A stretch of 64,000 bases of DNA from NCBI GenBank assembly GCA_020353155.1, contig CP070689.1:686682-750681 (forward strand), written 5' to 3'. The number at the start of each line of letters is the position of its first letter. Positions within the stretch are counted from its first letter, which is position 1. The DNA is from Deltaproteobacteria bacterium. Lineage in GTDB: Bacteria > Desulfobacterota > Syntrophobacteria > BM002. The translations under genes were made by a program, and so were the position numbers. Shown here piece after piece: positions 9,729 to 20,301 of the stretch. Under the pieces are notes generated by a model that saw nothing but the letters and a program-made list of their open reading frames with translations, searched no databases and was not told where the DNA came from.

Positions 9729-10940
9729 TTACTCCTTGAGGAGTAAGAAATAAAGAGAACCAGGGTGTTTCAGGTGCCCGGCGGCAATGCGGCTGAAAGG
9801 GCCGCTACCCCAGAAAAGATCCACCCGTCCTGGACCGCGTATGGCCCCCCCGGTATCTTGATTGAGTACAAAACGGCCGAAGGGAGCCCATCCCAGAATA
9901 ACGCCATCCCTGGCAAAAACCGGTTTCTGGCATTCAATAAAAGCAAGGGCTCCTTTGGGAAAAATAGAAGAATCGGTTGCAATTGATCGCCCGGGCGTCA
10001 GCGGCACAGCTATGTTGCCGAAAGGACCTCCATTTTCGGTTTGAAAGAATACATAGCTCGGATCGTAAGAAAAAATATCAGGCATTTTCTCAGGATTTTG
10101 CTTCAGATAGCGGCGAATGGCCTGCATGGACATGGCCTCTTTTGGTATGAGCCCTTCCTCGATCATCAATCTTCCGATAGGACGCCACGGCCATCCATTC
10201 TTGGCAGCATATCCCAACCGAATAGACTCTCCATTGAGCAATCGTATGCGCCCGGATCCTTGAATCCTGAGAAAAAAACGTTCCACTGGATCAGCCACCC
10301 ACACTAACTCATAGCCCTTCCCAGCCAACTTGCCGTAGGAATCGATTGCTTCTCTATTGTAGTAAGGAACCACCCGTTTTCCCTCTGAGCGTCCAACCAG
10401 CTTCACCCCCCGATACTCGTCTCTAAAGAGCCCCAAATCGATATTGACAAGATCATCGGGAACACCATAAATGGGATAACGGAAGTGTTCGTCCGGTGCA
10501 AGGCTGCCCTGGATGATGGGCTCGAAGTAACCAGTAAATAGAACTTCCTGCTCCGCGTTCCGGCCGACGGACCGATAGATAACAAAGTTCTCTCTGACTC
10601 TGTCTGCGAGTTCCTCCCAGGAGGTAGTTTCATTCAGTAAAGTAAGAAAAGTCCTCAAAGATCGCTTGACGCGCCCTACTTGAACTTCCTCGGGACCGAA
10701 TCTGAAGGTTGTCTCCTCGGGAAGCCGCTCGTAATAGCTCAGGCTATGATTAAGTGCTTCTTCCAAGAGACTTCGGGCCAGGTCGTCTCTTTCTAGCGGT
10801 ACCGAAAAAGGATCAACTACCCTTAGAAACTCTTCTTGCTCAGTAACGGGTGTGACCACCCTCGAGGGTGCGCATGCTGCAGCAACCATTAAAGTCAGAG
10901 AGAAGAGGAACACCAATAGCCTGTCAACATTGATATTCAT
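9729..10940 (-). CDS. mltA: Membrane-bound lytic murein transglycosylase A (MltA-like).
   Basis: 403 aa. Signal peptide with lipobox-like AAACAPS. The MltA domain is followed by a 3D domain (TGGAIRGPGRVDLFWGSG). Confidence 0.7.
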   Translation of the reverse strand: MNINVDRLLVFLFSLTLMVAAACAPSRVVTPVTEQEEFLRVVDPFSVPLERDDLARSLLEEALNHSLSYYERLPEETTFRFGPEEVQVGRVKRSLRTFLTLLNETTSWEELADRVRENFVIYRSVGRNAEQEVLFTGYFEPIIQGSLAPDEHFRYPIYGVPDDLVNIDLGLFRDEYRGVKLVGRSEGKRVVPYYNREAIDSYGKLAGKGYELVWVADPVERFFLRIQGSGRIRLLNGESIRLGYAAKNGWPWRPIGRLMIEEGLIPKEAMSMQAIRRYLKQNPEKMPDIFSYDPSYVFFQTENGGPFGNIAVPLTPGRSIATDSSIFPKGALAFIECQKPVFARDGVILGWAPFGRFVLNQDTGGAIRGPGRVDLFWGSGPFSRIAAGHLKHPGSLYFLLLKE

Positions 10941-11078
10941 CGCTATATTTCGCCGGCGTTTTTACTACCTTTGGGGCAGGTTTCTGTAGGAAGGAGTCAG
11001 TAGCCATAAATTGACCGGGAATTTATCTTTATCCTGTAAATTATATCTTCTGACTCCTCTGCTTATACTTAAATTTGC

Positions 11079-11102
11079 AATCCGAATCCGAAATCCGAAA
11101 TC
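11079..11102. repeat. Tandem AATCCGA heptamer array, ~3.5 units.
   Basis: AATCCGA ATCCGA AATCCGA AATC, immediately 3' of ahcY. It is preceded by CTGACTC-type units at 11047-11062. Confidence 0.7.
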
Positions 11103-11103
11103 T

Positions 11104-12366
<1,263 letters not shown>

Positions 12367-12419
12367 CTAGTCCTCCTGGAAAACAGGCCCAGTCTCAGTA
12401 ATTTTAAATTTTCGGGTTG

Positions 12420-12449
12420 CCCTATGCCCTATGCTCTATGCTCTATGCC
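12420..12449. repeat. Tandem CCTATGC/TCTATGC heptamer array, 4 units.
   Basis: CCTATGC CCTATGC TCTATGC TCTATGC C. It lies between the ahcY start and the metK stop codon. Confidence 0.8.
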
Positions 12450-13619
12450 TCAAGTCCCCGCCTTCTCCCTTAGCTCATCTACTCTGTCAGTATACTCCCA
12501 GGTGAAATCGGGATCATTGCGGCCAAAATGCCCGTAGCACGCCGTTTTTTTAAAGATCGGCCTTAGCAGTCTCAGATGTTTTATCATATCAGCCGGCTTG
12601 AAGCTGAAAGTCTCCCGAACTATTTCGGCAATTCGGTCCGGAGGAATCTTACCGGTACCGAAGGTGTCAATCATCAAACTCACTGGCTCGGCCACACCAA
12701 TGCAATAAGCAACCTGAACCTCGCACTTTTCCGCCAGTCCGGCAGCAACAATGTTCTTGGCCGCGTATCGAGCCATGTACGAGCCGCTCCGGTCCACCTT
12801 GGAGGGATCCTTTCCGGAAAAACAGCCACCGCCGTGGCTCCCCTGGCCACCGTAAGTATCGACGATTATCTTACGACCGGTGAGGCCACAATCTCCCATG
12901 GGGCCACCGATTACAAATCGACCTGTGGCATTGATAAAGTACTTGGTCTTATCATCGAGCATATTCTCTGGTATAGCCTTGCGGATCACCTCCTCGAGAA
13001 TACCCTCCCGGATGGTATCGTACTTCACTTGAGGAATATGTTGAGCCGCTACAACTACGGTGTGAACTCGCCTGGGCGTGCCGTTTATGTATTCCACGGT
13101 CACCTGCGATTTACCGTCCGGGCGAAGGAAGTCCAAAATCCCGCTTTTGCGAGCCTCCGCCAGCCGTCGGGTTACCCGGTGGGCATAATAGATCGGCATG
13201 GGCATGAGAACCGGAGTCTCAGTGCAGGCATAGCCGAACATGAGCCCTTGGTCTCCAGCACCCTGCTCTTCGAAGAGACCCTCGCCTGCAGTTACTCCCT
13301 GAGAAATATCTGGCGATTGTTTGTCAATGGAGGTCATGACCGCGCAGGTTTCCCAATCGAATCCCATCCCGGAATTGTTGTATCCAATCTCCTTGATTGT
13401 GTCTCTAACGATCTGCGGCATGTCCACCCAGCAGGTTGTGGTTATTTCACCTGCAATTATGGCCATCCCTGTGGTCACCAGTGTTTCGCAAGCCACCCGA
13501 CAATGCTTGTCCTCAGCCATGATAGCGTCCAGAATGCCATCTGAAATTTTGTCGGCTACCTTGTCTGGGTGTCCTTCGGCAACCGACTCAGAAGTGAAAA
13601 GGTACTCGGTTGTAGACAT
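12450..13619 (-). CDS. metK: S-adenosylmethionine synthetase.
   Basis: 389 aa. Signatures [18 protein letters not shown] and GGGAFSGKDP-like ([16 protein letters not shown]). Confidence 0.95.
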   Translation of the reverse strand: MSTTEYLFTSESVAEGHPDKVADKISDGILDAIMAEDKHCRVACETLVTTGMAIIAGEITTTCWVDMPQIVRDTIKEIGYNNSGMGFDWETCAVMTSIDKQSPDISQGVTAGEGLFEEQGAGDQGLMFGYACTETPVLMPMPIYYAHRVTRRLAEARKSGILDFLRPDGKSQVTVEYINGTPRRVHTVVVAAQHIPQVKYDTIREGILEEVIRKAIPENMLDDKTKYFINATGRFVIGGPMGDCGLTGRKIIVDTYGGQGSHGGGCFSGKDPSKVDRSGSYMARYAAKNIVAAGLAEKCEVQVAYCIGVAEPVSLMIDTFGTGKIPPDRIAEIVRETFSFKPADMIKHLRLLRPIFKKTACYGHFGRNDPDFTWEYTDRVDELREKAGT

Positions 13620-13715
13620 TTAATTGTCCTCCTTATTTCAACTATCAGCCCCAAGCTCATCGTCTCAAGCTGAATCTTTGTTTTATAGCCTGCTTGTTTG
13701 GCTCTCTAGGCAAGC

Positions 13716-14564
13716 TTATTTTTCAGGCAAATCTCTATCCCCTTCAGTGCCGGCTCTCGTCCGATTCTTGCCAGCGGGCCTGAGGGAATTGTCCCCAGAT
13801 TGTTCCTTCATTTTCTCCGCCTCTTCAGGCTGGTCTCCAGATAGCCCTGAGCCTGCGGCAGAGGTTTCAAGCTCTCTCTGTTGCGCCAGCATCTGCTCCA
13901 TTCTTGCATTCCGTTGCCTCCTGCCGAATGGAAATTGAGGTATCCTGCCTCCAGGCTCGACAACCCCACCGGAGATCAGTAATTTAAAGGCATCTTCAAC
14001 ACTAATATCCAGCGGGATGGTGTCCTCTTCAGGAATTACCAAATAGAACCCCGAGGTAGGATTAGGTGTGGTGGGCAAGAAGACATTTATCGTTTTGTTC
14101 TCCGTCTTATCCTCTATTTCACCATAAGTCTTTCCGGTTACAAAGGCTATGGCCCATACTCCCTTGCGGGGATATTCAACAAGAATAGCACGTTTGAAAG
14201 CATAGGGTGTGTCACCAAACATTGCCTGGATGACCTGTTTGACCGCCACATATACCGGTCGCACCAGAGGAATACCGGAGAGGATGTACTCTCCGAAAGC
14301 CACCACCCGACGCCCGATGTAGTTCTTTACCAAAATCCCGGTGATCATGATAAGAACAATGGCGAGGACAAGCCCGAGACCGGGAATCTTGAAGTGCAAA
14401 TAGGTGTGGGGGTGAAACTTCGGGGGGATTATGATTAGCAAGCGATCGATCAGCCTGAGAATAGCCGTGATCACAAACACGGTTACGCCCAGCGGTACGA
14501 TGACGAGGAGACCGGCCAAAAAGTAGCCACGAATTTGGGCTTTAAACCACTTGAACATACTCAT
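13716..14564 (-). CDS. DUF502 family membrane protein with a C-terminal Gln/Glu-rich extension.
   Basis: 282 aa. The N-terminal ~200 aa match DUF502 (FKWFKAQIRGYFLAGLLVIVPLGVT..., two TM helices). The C-terminal ~70 aa are low-complexity (QQRELETSAAGSGLSGDQPEEAEKMKEQ). Confidence 0.6.
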   Translation of the reverse strand: MSMFKWFKAQIRGYFLAGLLVIVPLGVTVFVITAILRLIDRLLIIIPPKFHPHTYLHFKIPGLGLVLAIVLIMITGILVKNYIGRRVVAFGEYILSGIPLVRPVYVAVKQVIQAMFGDTPYAFKRAILVEYPRKGVWAIAFVTGKTYGEIEDKTENKTINVFLPTTPNPTSGFYLVIPEEDTIPLDISVEDAFKLLISGGVVEPGGRIPQFPFGRRQRNARMEQMLAQQRELETSAAGSGLSGDQPEEAEKMKEQSGDNSLRPAGKNRTRAGTEGDRDLPEK

Positions 14565-14567
14565 CTA

Positions 14568-14933
14568 TTATGCAGCCCCACCACTTGTCCGAGGTCGATT
14601 TTCTTCGTCCACCAAAAGGACCTTAGGCTGATGGGTTGCTAACTCCTCTTCATCAAGCAGAGCGTAAGTTGCAATAATAATCAGATCACCCGGCTGGCCT
14701 TTGCGGGCAGCCGCACCATTGAGGCTGACTTCCCCTGATCCCTCTGGCGCGGCAATGGCATAAGTATCGAACCTTTCCCCGTTTGCAAGGTTGTAAACTC
14801 CCACCTGTTCGTGCGGGGCAATGTCTACTTCTTTCATTAGACGCCTGTCGATACTTAAACTGCCTTCGTAGTCCAAGCGGGTGGCCGTAACCCGTGCCCG
14901 ATGAATCTTGGCTTTCAGGAAAATGCGCTGCAT
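14568..14933 (-). CDS. panD: Aspartate 1-decarboxylase, a pyruvoyl-dependent proenzyme.
   Basis: 121 aa. KAKIHRARVTATRLDYEGSLSID contains the G-S self-cleavage site, and the PanD core is conserved. Confidence 0.9.
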   Translation of the reverse strand: MQRIFLKAKIHRARVTATRLDYEGSLSIDRRLMKEVDIAPHEQVGVYNLANGERFDTYAIAAPEGSGEVSLNGAAARKGQPGDLIIIATYALLDEEELATHQPKVLLVDEENRPRTSGGAA

Positions 14934-15175
14934 GACTCCATGACCTCCGTGCCCTCAAAAGTTCAATCTCCATTTACTGAACTTCAACACGGTAGACAGC
15001 CATGCAAAAAGCCTCCAAGACGACTGTCCAGAAGGCTTCACCACTCTCCGGATTGGGCTGCGCTCTTTAACCGCGCACTTGCGTCGGCCTGATCAACTGG
15101 CACACTACCGTCTCAGTCCACTAAATGGATCCAAGCGGATTATAATCTAACTTGAACCTATTATTGCTATCATTT

Positions 15176-16051
15176 CTATTTTTCTTCGTCAACCAGTTTT
15201 GTCCGCCCTCCCCCTTCTAGCCCTTTTGCCAGCCGCAAGAAATCCTCGAGAGTCAGACTCTCTGCCCTCCGACTCCCTTCAATGGAGGCCTCTTGCAAAA
15301 CTTTACTGACGCAATCTGGGGTCAGATTGCCGAGCTTGCTCTCCAGCAAACTATTCCTCAAGGTCTTCCGCCTGTGAGAAAAAGCCGCCTTTACCGTTTG
15401 CACCAGCCAAGATGGTTCCACCTTGGGCGTTAGCGGGCAGTCCCTAAACGACAGACTTATGACCTGGGAATCCACTTTGGGAGGGGGATGGAACTGGGAT
15501 GGCTTGACCCGCATAAGCCGCCTGCGCTCACTGTGGTAGGCGACTATTACCGAAAGAATTCCATAATCCCTATTACCCGGACCGGCAAGAACTCTCTCTG
15601 CCACCTCATCTTGCAGCATGAGAACCGCCTCTTTCAGGTAATCTGCCGCTTCCATCAGCTTGAACAGAACGGGGCTACTTATATTGTAAGGCAAGTTGCC
15701 AATGATTTTCATTTTCCTCTGGAACTGCTCATGCAGGCCGATGAGATCCAGCTCCAGTATATCCATACACTCAATTTTCACCCCCTTGCCATTCCTCTTC
15801 TCAAGTTCTTTGCGTAAAAATGTTGCCAGCTCTGCATCGATTTCAACCGCAATCACCGAGGCACCGCTTTTGCTCAACGGTAAAGTCAAAGCCCCCAGTC
15901 CCGCCCCGATTTCAACCACTACATCACCTGGCCCCGGATGAATTGAGGCGGCTATCTTATCCGCAGTTGCCTGATGAATGAGAAAGTGCTGTCCCAGACC
16001 TTTGGCCGGCCTTCTGCCGAGAATCTTCAGTGCTTGTTTGGGTGAAATCAT
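15176..16051 (-). CDS. rsmA: 16S rRNA (adenine1518/1519-N6)-dimethyltransferase RsmA/KsgA.
   Basis: 291 aa. LGQHFL, the SAM motif VVEIGAGLGALT and NLPYNISS. Confidence 0.9.
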   Translation of the reverse strand: MISPKQALKILGRRPAKGLGQHFLIHQATADKIAASIHPGPGDVVVEIGAGLGALTLPLSKSGASVIAVEIDAELATFLRKELEKRNGKGVKIECMDILELDLIGLHEQFQRKMKIIGNLPYNISSPVLFKLMEAADYLKEAVLMLQDEVAERVLAGPGNRDYGILSVIVAYHSERRRLMRVKPSQFHPPPKVDSQVISLSFRDCPLTPKVEPSWLVQTVKAAFSHRRKTLRNSLLESKLGNLTPDCVSKVLQEASIEGSRRAESLTLEDFLRLAKGLEGGGRTKLVDEEK

Positions 16052-16082
16052 TTTATAACTTCTTTAGCCTACAAAGAAATGC

Positions 16083-16559
16083 TCACTGTGATTCTCCCTG
16101 AAAACGACGGGAACTGGTGAATTTGTAGGTGAGAAAATAAGCCAACAGACCTGGCAAAATTCCCAAAAGTACACCTCCATGCAACATTGCCACCGTCACA
16201 TGCTTGCCCAGTTTCATTAGAGAAATCACGGAGTAGTCAGCAGGGAGGACCAGATGGGGATACCCTAAAACAAATCTTCCCAGGCGATAACTGCCGTAAT
16301 AGAAAAAAGGGATGGTCAGGGGATTGCTCACCCAGACTCCCAAGGCCGCAGCCAGTTTGCTGCCTCGCAGGAGTGCTGCCAGGGCTACGGCCAGCACTGT
16401 GTGAAAAGGAATGGTGGGAGTGATGGCAATAAAAACTCCAATGGCCATGCCTAAAGATATCTCATGGGGTTTACCGCGCAGCTCTTTGAGCTGTCGGCAA
16501 AACTCCTGCCACCAATAACGGGGACTTAACAGTTCTTTTCCGCTTTTAGGGAGTGACAT
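16083..16559 (-). CDS. DUF2062 family membrane protein.
   Basis: 158 aa. GMAIGVFIAITPTIPFHTVLAVALAALLRGSKLAAALGVWVSNP is typical of DUF2062. Confidence 0.6.
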   Translation of the reverse strand: MSLPKSGKELLSPRYWWQEFCRQLKELRGKPHEISLGMAIGVFIAITPTIPFHTVLAVALAALLRGSKLAAALGVWVSNPLTIPFFYYGSYRLGRFVLGYPHLVLPADYSVISLMKLGKHVTVAMLHGGVLLGILPGLLAYFLTYKFTSSRRFQGESQ

Positions 16560-16603
16560 AAGAGAGTTACTTGTAATTCATTTTGACCTGAGTGCGGCCG
16601 GCA

Positions 16604-16645
16604 TATTTATCATTTCACATTTTCTATTTCGCATTTCGTATTGTG
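16604..16645. repeat. Tandem CATTTCN heptamer array, reverse-complement orientation of the AAATGNN family.
   Basis: TATTTAT CATTTCA CATTTTC TATTTCG CATTTCG TATTGTG. A second short array in AAATGAG orientation sits at 16686-16710 (AGATGAC AAATGAG CAATGAG AAAT). The two form an inverted pair. Confidence 0.7.
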
Positions 16646-16714
16646 ATTAAATGTCTTATCACCTTGTCCTCTAATGTGCATTGAGAGATGACAAATGAGC
16701 AATGAGAAATTACT

Positions 16715-17590
16715 CTAGGCCTCTTGCACCATTGGTCCAAAAACAGTGTGTTCCAGGGTAGTGGATACATCTTCAAGTTTAAAGACAACAGCGTAAAGCT
16801 CCTCAGTGGACTGACCTGGATTGATGCAGATCGTCTTTCCGATGCGATCCCAATATCGCCCGCTTATCTCAGATGACTCATGAATATGACCGTGCAGGGT
16901 CAAATAGGGTTGGTGGTTTTCGATAAACATCCTTATGGCACGGCTTCCAATCCAGCGGCCGTCGAATAGTCTGTCCAGATTTGTGCCGAATGGCGGAGAG
17001 TGCATCACATAGACAGCACTGTGTGGCTCCCGAGGAGTTGGCAGCTCTTCCAGTTCCTCCTCAATGGATTTCATCCGGACAAGGTGCTGCCGCGGATCAA
17101 CTACAATGATTTTTTCTCCCAGGCTGCAGCAGGCAGTGCAGCGTTGCTGCTCAGTAGAATCTATTCGGAGATCTCGACGTTCACCGTCTTTTATAATGAA
17201 AGGTGTAGGTGGCACGTGAGCATAACCAATCAAATCATATCTATCACCTAGCGCATACCTTCGACCATGAAGTAAGCGCAGTATGCCCTGTCCTTCTAGA
17301 TTTTTAAGGTAGGCATTGCTCGCACCCCAGTCATCGTTGCCAAGCATAGCATATATTGTGGCTTGCCGAGCTTTGGCTAGAAAACCACTGAGCTTGGATT
17401 CTAGATAAGAAAGAATGAAATCCTTTTGCTCTTGAAGAGAGTATTGAAAAGAGCCCCCCATGGGAAGCATGTCGCCCCCAATAATGACAGCCTGGGCTCT
17501 TCTCTTTTCGGCCAGTTCAAATAGTTCTGCATAGAGCTCCTTATTCCCATGAAGATCGGAGGCGTAAACAACAATCATCTCCACTTCCAA
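16715..17590 (-). CDS. Calcineurin-like metallophosphoesterase.
   Basis: 291 aa. DLHGN, GGDMLP, GNDD and the GHIH motif (HGHIHESS). Confidence 0.7.
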   Translation of the reverse strand: MEVEMIVVYASDLHGNKELYAELFELAEKRRAQAVIIGGDMLPMGGSFQYSLQEQKDFILSYLESKLSGFLAKARQATIYAMLGNDDWGASNAYLKNLEGQGILRLLHGRRYALGDRYDLIGYAHVPPTPFIIKDGERRDLRIDSTEQQRCTACCSLGEKIIVVDPRQHLVRMKSIEEELEELPTPREPHSAVYVMHSPPFGTNLDRLFDGRWIGSRAIRMFIENHQPYLTLHGHIHESSEISGRYWDRIGKTICINPGQSTEELYAVVFKLEDVSTTLEHTVFGPMVQEA

Positions 17591-17672
17591 AGGTGAGTTT
17601 GCTCATCTGGGGTTTGTTAAATCTATGTCGAAAACCTATTTAACCTGCTCGCTGCCGGCTGCCTGCTTCACC

Positions 17673-18578
17673 CTAGAGCTCCAGCATCCTTTCCACCGCT
17701 GCCAGAGCTCGCCGTCTTATAGGCTCTGGAATCTTTATTCGAGGTTGCATCTCCTCCATGGACCAGAGAACTTTTTCCAGGGTGATGAGCTTCATATTGG
17801 GGCAGACGGAGCGCTCGGTTACCGGAACATAAGCCACTGCAGGATTTTCTTTTCGTAATCGGTGGAGAATCCCGGTCTCAGTACCAACAATTAGAGTATT
17901 TCCCTGGTATGATCTTGCATAACGAATTATACCACTGGTGCTGAGAGCTTCATCCGCCTCGTCGATCACATCGGGCCGACACTCGGGATGAACCACAACC
18001 TTAGAGTCAGGGTAGCGGGCCTTTTGTCTTCTCACATCCGCAACCCCTATTTTTACATGGGTTGGACAGTAACCAGGCCACAGATGCATTTCTCTGCCTG
18101 TCCTGCCCATGGCGTAGTGCCCAAGGTATTGGTCCGGCACGAAAAGAATTGGTCGATTTTTTTTCACCGCTTCTACAACTTGTACCGCGTTGGCAGAGGT
18201 GCAGCAGATGTCTGAGCCCGCCTTTACCGCAGCACTGGAATTCACATAGCACACTACCTGGACCCCGGGGTACTTAGCCTTCTCCTTCTCCAATTGTTCT
18301 GGAGTGATCATATCCGCCATGGGACAGCCGGCTTCCTCGTCAGGGAGCAGCACAGTCTTTTCCGGCGAGAGAATCTTCGCGGTTTCGGCCATGAAATGGA
18401 CCCCGCAAAAAACAATTACCTCAGCATCGGTCCCCGCTGCCTTGCGACTCAACTCGAACGAGTCCCCAGTGAAATCTGCAATGTCCTGCACTTCAGGCCG
18501 CTGGTAGTTGTGGGCGAGAATGATCGCCTTCATACTCTTTCTAAGATTATCAATCTGTTCTATTAGTTTAGAGCTCAT
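17673..18578 (-). CDS. nadA: Quinolinate synthase A.
   Basis: 301 aa. ILAHNYQ, the FCGVHFMAET motif and three conserved Cys positions. Confidence 0.9.
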   Translation of the reverse strand: MSSKLIEQIDNLRKSMKAIILAHNYQRPEVQDIADFTGDSFELSRKAAGTDAEVIVFCGVHFMAETAKILSPEKTVLLPDEEAGCPMADMITPEQLEKEKAKYPGVQVVCYVNSSAAVKAGSDICCTSANAVQVVEAVKKNRPILFVPDQYLGHYAMGRTGREMHLWPGYCPTHVKIGVADVRRQKARYPDSKVVVHPECRPDVIDEADEALSTSGIIRYARSYQGNTLIVGTETGILHRLRKENPAVAYVPVTERSVCPNMKLITLEKVLWSMEEMQPRIKIPEPIRRRALAAVERMLEL

Positions 18579-18622
18579 TCTTACTCCATAACAGAATTTC
18601 GCTGGGATTCTAATCGCAAAGT

Positions 18623-18651
18623 AGTGAAATAGTCAAATAGTTGAGATAGTC
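18623..18651. repeat. Tandem 8-mer array AGTNAAAT.
   Basis: AGTGAAAT AGTCAAAT AGTTGAGAT AGTCAAAAAAAA. It lies between the PilZ terminator and the nadA start. Confidence 0.6.
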
Positions 18652-18695
18652 AAAAAAAATCCCCATCGGCTCAACCACACCAAAGCCGATGGGGG
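18652..18695 (-). terminator. Rho-independent terminator downstream of the PilZ gene at 18927..19280.
   Basis: The minus strand reads GUCCCCCAUCGGCU-UUGGUGUGGUUG-AGCCGAUGGGG followed by UUUUUUUU. Confidence 0.6.
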
Positions 18696-18926
18696 ACAGA
18701 GAAAAGGGAGGGAACATTATGGGAGCGATATGCTCACTTCTTTTCGCATGCAAACAAGGTGCCAAGTACAAAAGGAGTTGGTAGATAATTTCTCTTTCAC
18801 CGCTTCTTTGTAAAGAAATCCCCCACTGGCCTAGCCCAAAGGTGGGGAAGAGGATGCTGAGAAAAAGCTTGTTCTGTTTGCCGGTTGGCCTCTGTTGGGA
18901 ATGAATCAGTAGGTGCTTACTGGTAC

Positions 18927-19280
18927 TTATCCTTCCTCATCTCCGTGGTACTCGGCCATGGCTTCCTGGAGGACCCTCAAATCACTCTCGGAGATTTCTG
19001 TGAATTGTATACCCACGCCTAACTTTGCTCCACTCTCAGTGGCATCAATAATGGTCGACCATATAACCTTGCCAGCAACATTCATGGTCGGGCGGCCGGG
19101 CACCTTAATGACTAGTCTTAAAATGCCCTCCGAAGGCGGCACTTCAGCGCAGGAGACAAATAACCCTTTAGGGGTGAAATTATCTATCTCTCCTTCAATT
19201 TGAGACTCAGGTGTAATTAAAGTCACTGGCCATTTAACTTTAGCCCTGGCGTATTCGCGTCTCTCCGACTGGTCAGACAT
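18927..19280 (-). CDS. PilZ domain protein, a putative c-di-GMP receptor.
   Basis: 117 aa. RREYAR...V (the RxxxR motif) and a D/NxSxxG-like DNFTPKGLFV. Single-domain PilZ. Confidence 0.7.
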   Translation of the reverse strand: MSDQSERREYARAKVKWPVTLITPESQIEGEIDNFTPKGLFVSCAEVPPSEGILRLVIKVPGRPTMNVAGKVIWSTIIDATESGAKLGVGIQFTEISESDLRVLQEAMAEYHGDEEG

Positions 19281-19570
19281 AGCTAAAATCCTTTCTCATC
19301 CTGCGCCGCATCGAAGTTCGAGAAATCTCTAAGGCCCTGTGACGACTCTTATCTCAGTTTATCTGTCGCCCTAGCACACCAATGATGATTTTTGCCCGCC
19401 AGTGAATAAACCACGAGAGCTCAGTGTAAGTCAACACTTAACCCTTTAAGTCTACTATAAGAAAACCCCACCGCCCGGTGTTGCTCCCTTGAACATGACG
19501 AGCCTGACGCTGGGGAAAAGAGGCGAAGTTGTTCTTGTCTGATAAGGGGTTAAGGAGTTAGGGGGTCACC

Positions 19571-20116
19571 CTATTTGGGAATATACTGGAACTTCTGACC
19601 GCCCACAGTGGCCTCTGCCATTAAGCCGCTCTTAGGCATGGTAAAAACAGCCACTCCACGGTCGTAACTTGCGTCTTTGGAAGCCCCTGATTTCACCAGG
19701 ATTACCGATGCCTGAGCGTCGAGTTCCCAATTTCCCCTCTTGAAATCATCCAGCCTTGATTTATCCGCAAAGAAAATTATCTCACTGAAAGACTGGCCAC
19801 CGATCTGAGCTCCTACCGTTAGTTCCGTCACGGTGGCACGGCCAATATGTCTGCCTTTTTCATACACCCATCCATCCCCGTGGCCACCACCAATGATAAA
19901 GCCACCTTTGCCGATTGATGGGAAGACAACATAACCGTAAGCCTTAGCAAAAAACACTTTCATACTAGGGTCTGCTTGCTTGAACTTGACGATGGTTTCC
20001 TCGACGAGTGTTCTTTCCTTCTGCTCCCGAGCCGGGTCCCACCCTGCCCATGTCGACATATGGAGCAAGACTATTAGACAAATTGTGACGAGACCATAAA
20101 TAGGCGCTTTTCGCAT
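19571..20116 (-). CDS. SYLF (DUF500/Ysc84-like) domain lipoprotein.
   Basis: Internal start MRKAPIYG (ATG at 20116), with a signal peptide plus TM. The SYLF core is GYVVFPSIGKGGFIIGGGHGDGWVY ... GAQIGGQ. Confidence 0.6.
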   Translation of the reverse strand: MRKAPIYGLVTICLIVLLHMSTWAGWDPAREQKERTLVEETIVKFKQADPSMKVFFAKAYGYVVFPSIGKGGFIIGGGHGDGWVYEKGRHIGRATVTELTVGAQIGGQSFSEIIFFADKSRLDDFKRGNWELDAQASVILVKSGASKDASYDRGVAVFTMPKSGLMAEATVGGQKFQYIPK

Positions 20117-20301
20117 AATAAGTCTCCCTCTTTTGCTTTGTGGATTGAGTCTTTTGTTGCCAAGAACCAAAAACGGTTCTCACTATTGGCTTAGAGGCAA
20201 TTTTAAGGGTGGCACAAGCTTTGTCAATAGGAAAACTGCTCAATCTCTGTGTTTAGAAAGAATCCACTAGCTCTTTCTGCAACCTGGCCCCTTTCCCTGC
20301 G

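Noticed and set aside
12576-13544. A 322-aa ORF on the + strand.
   Set aside because: It is entirely antisense to metK, a highly conserved gene with unambiguous motifs. The long reverse-strand frame is typical of GC-biased coding regions, and the protein has no motifs.
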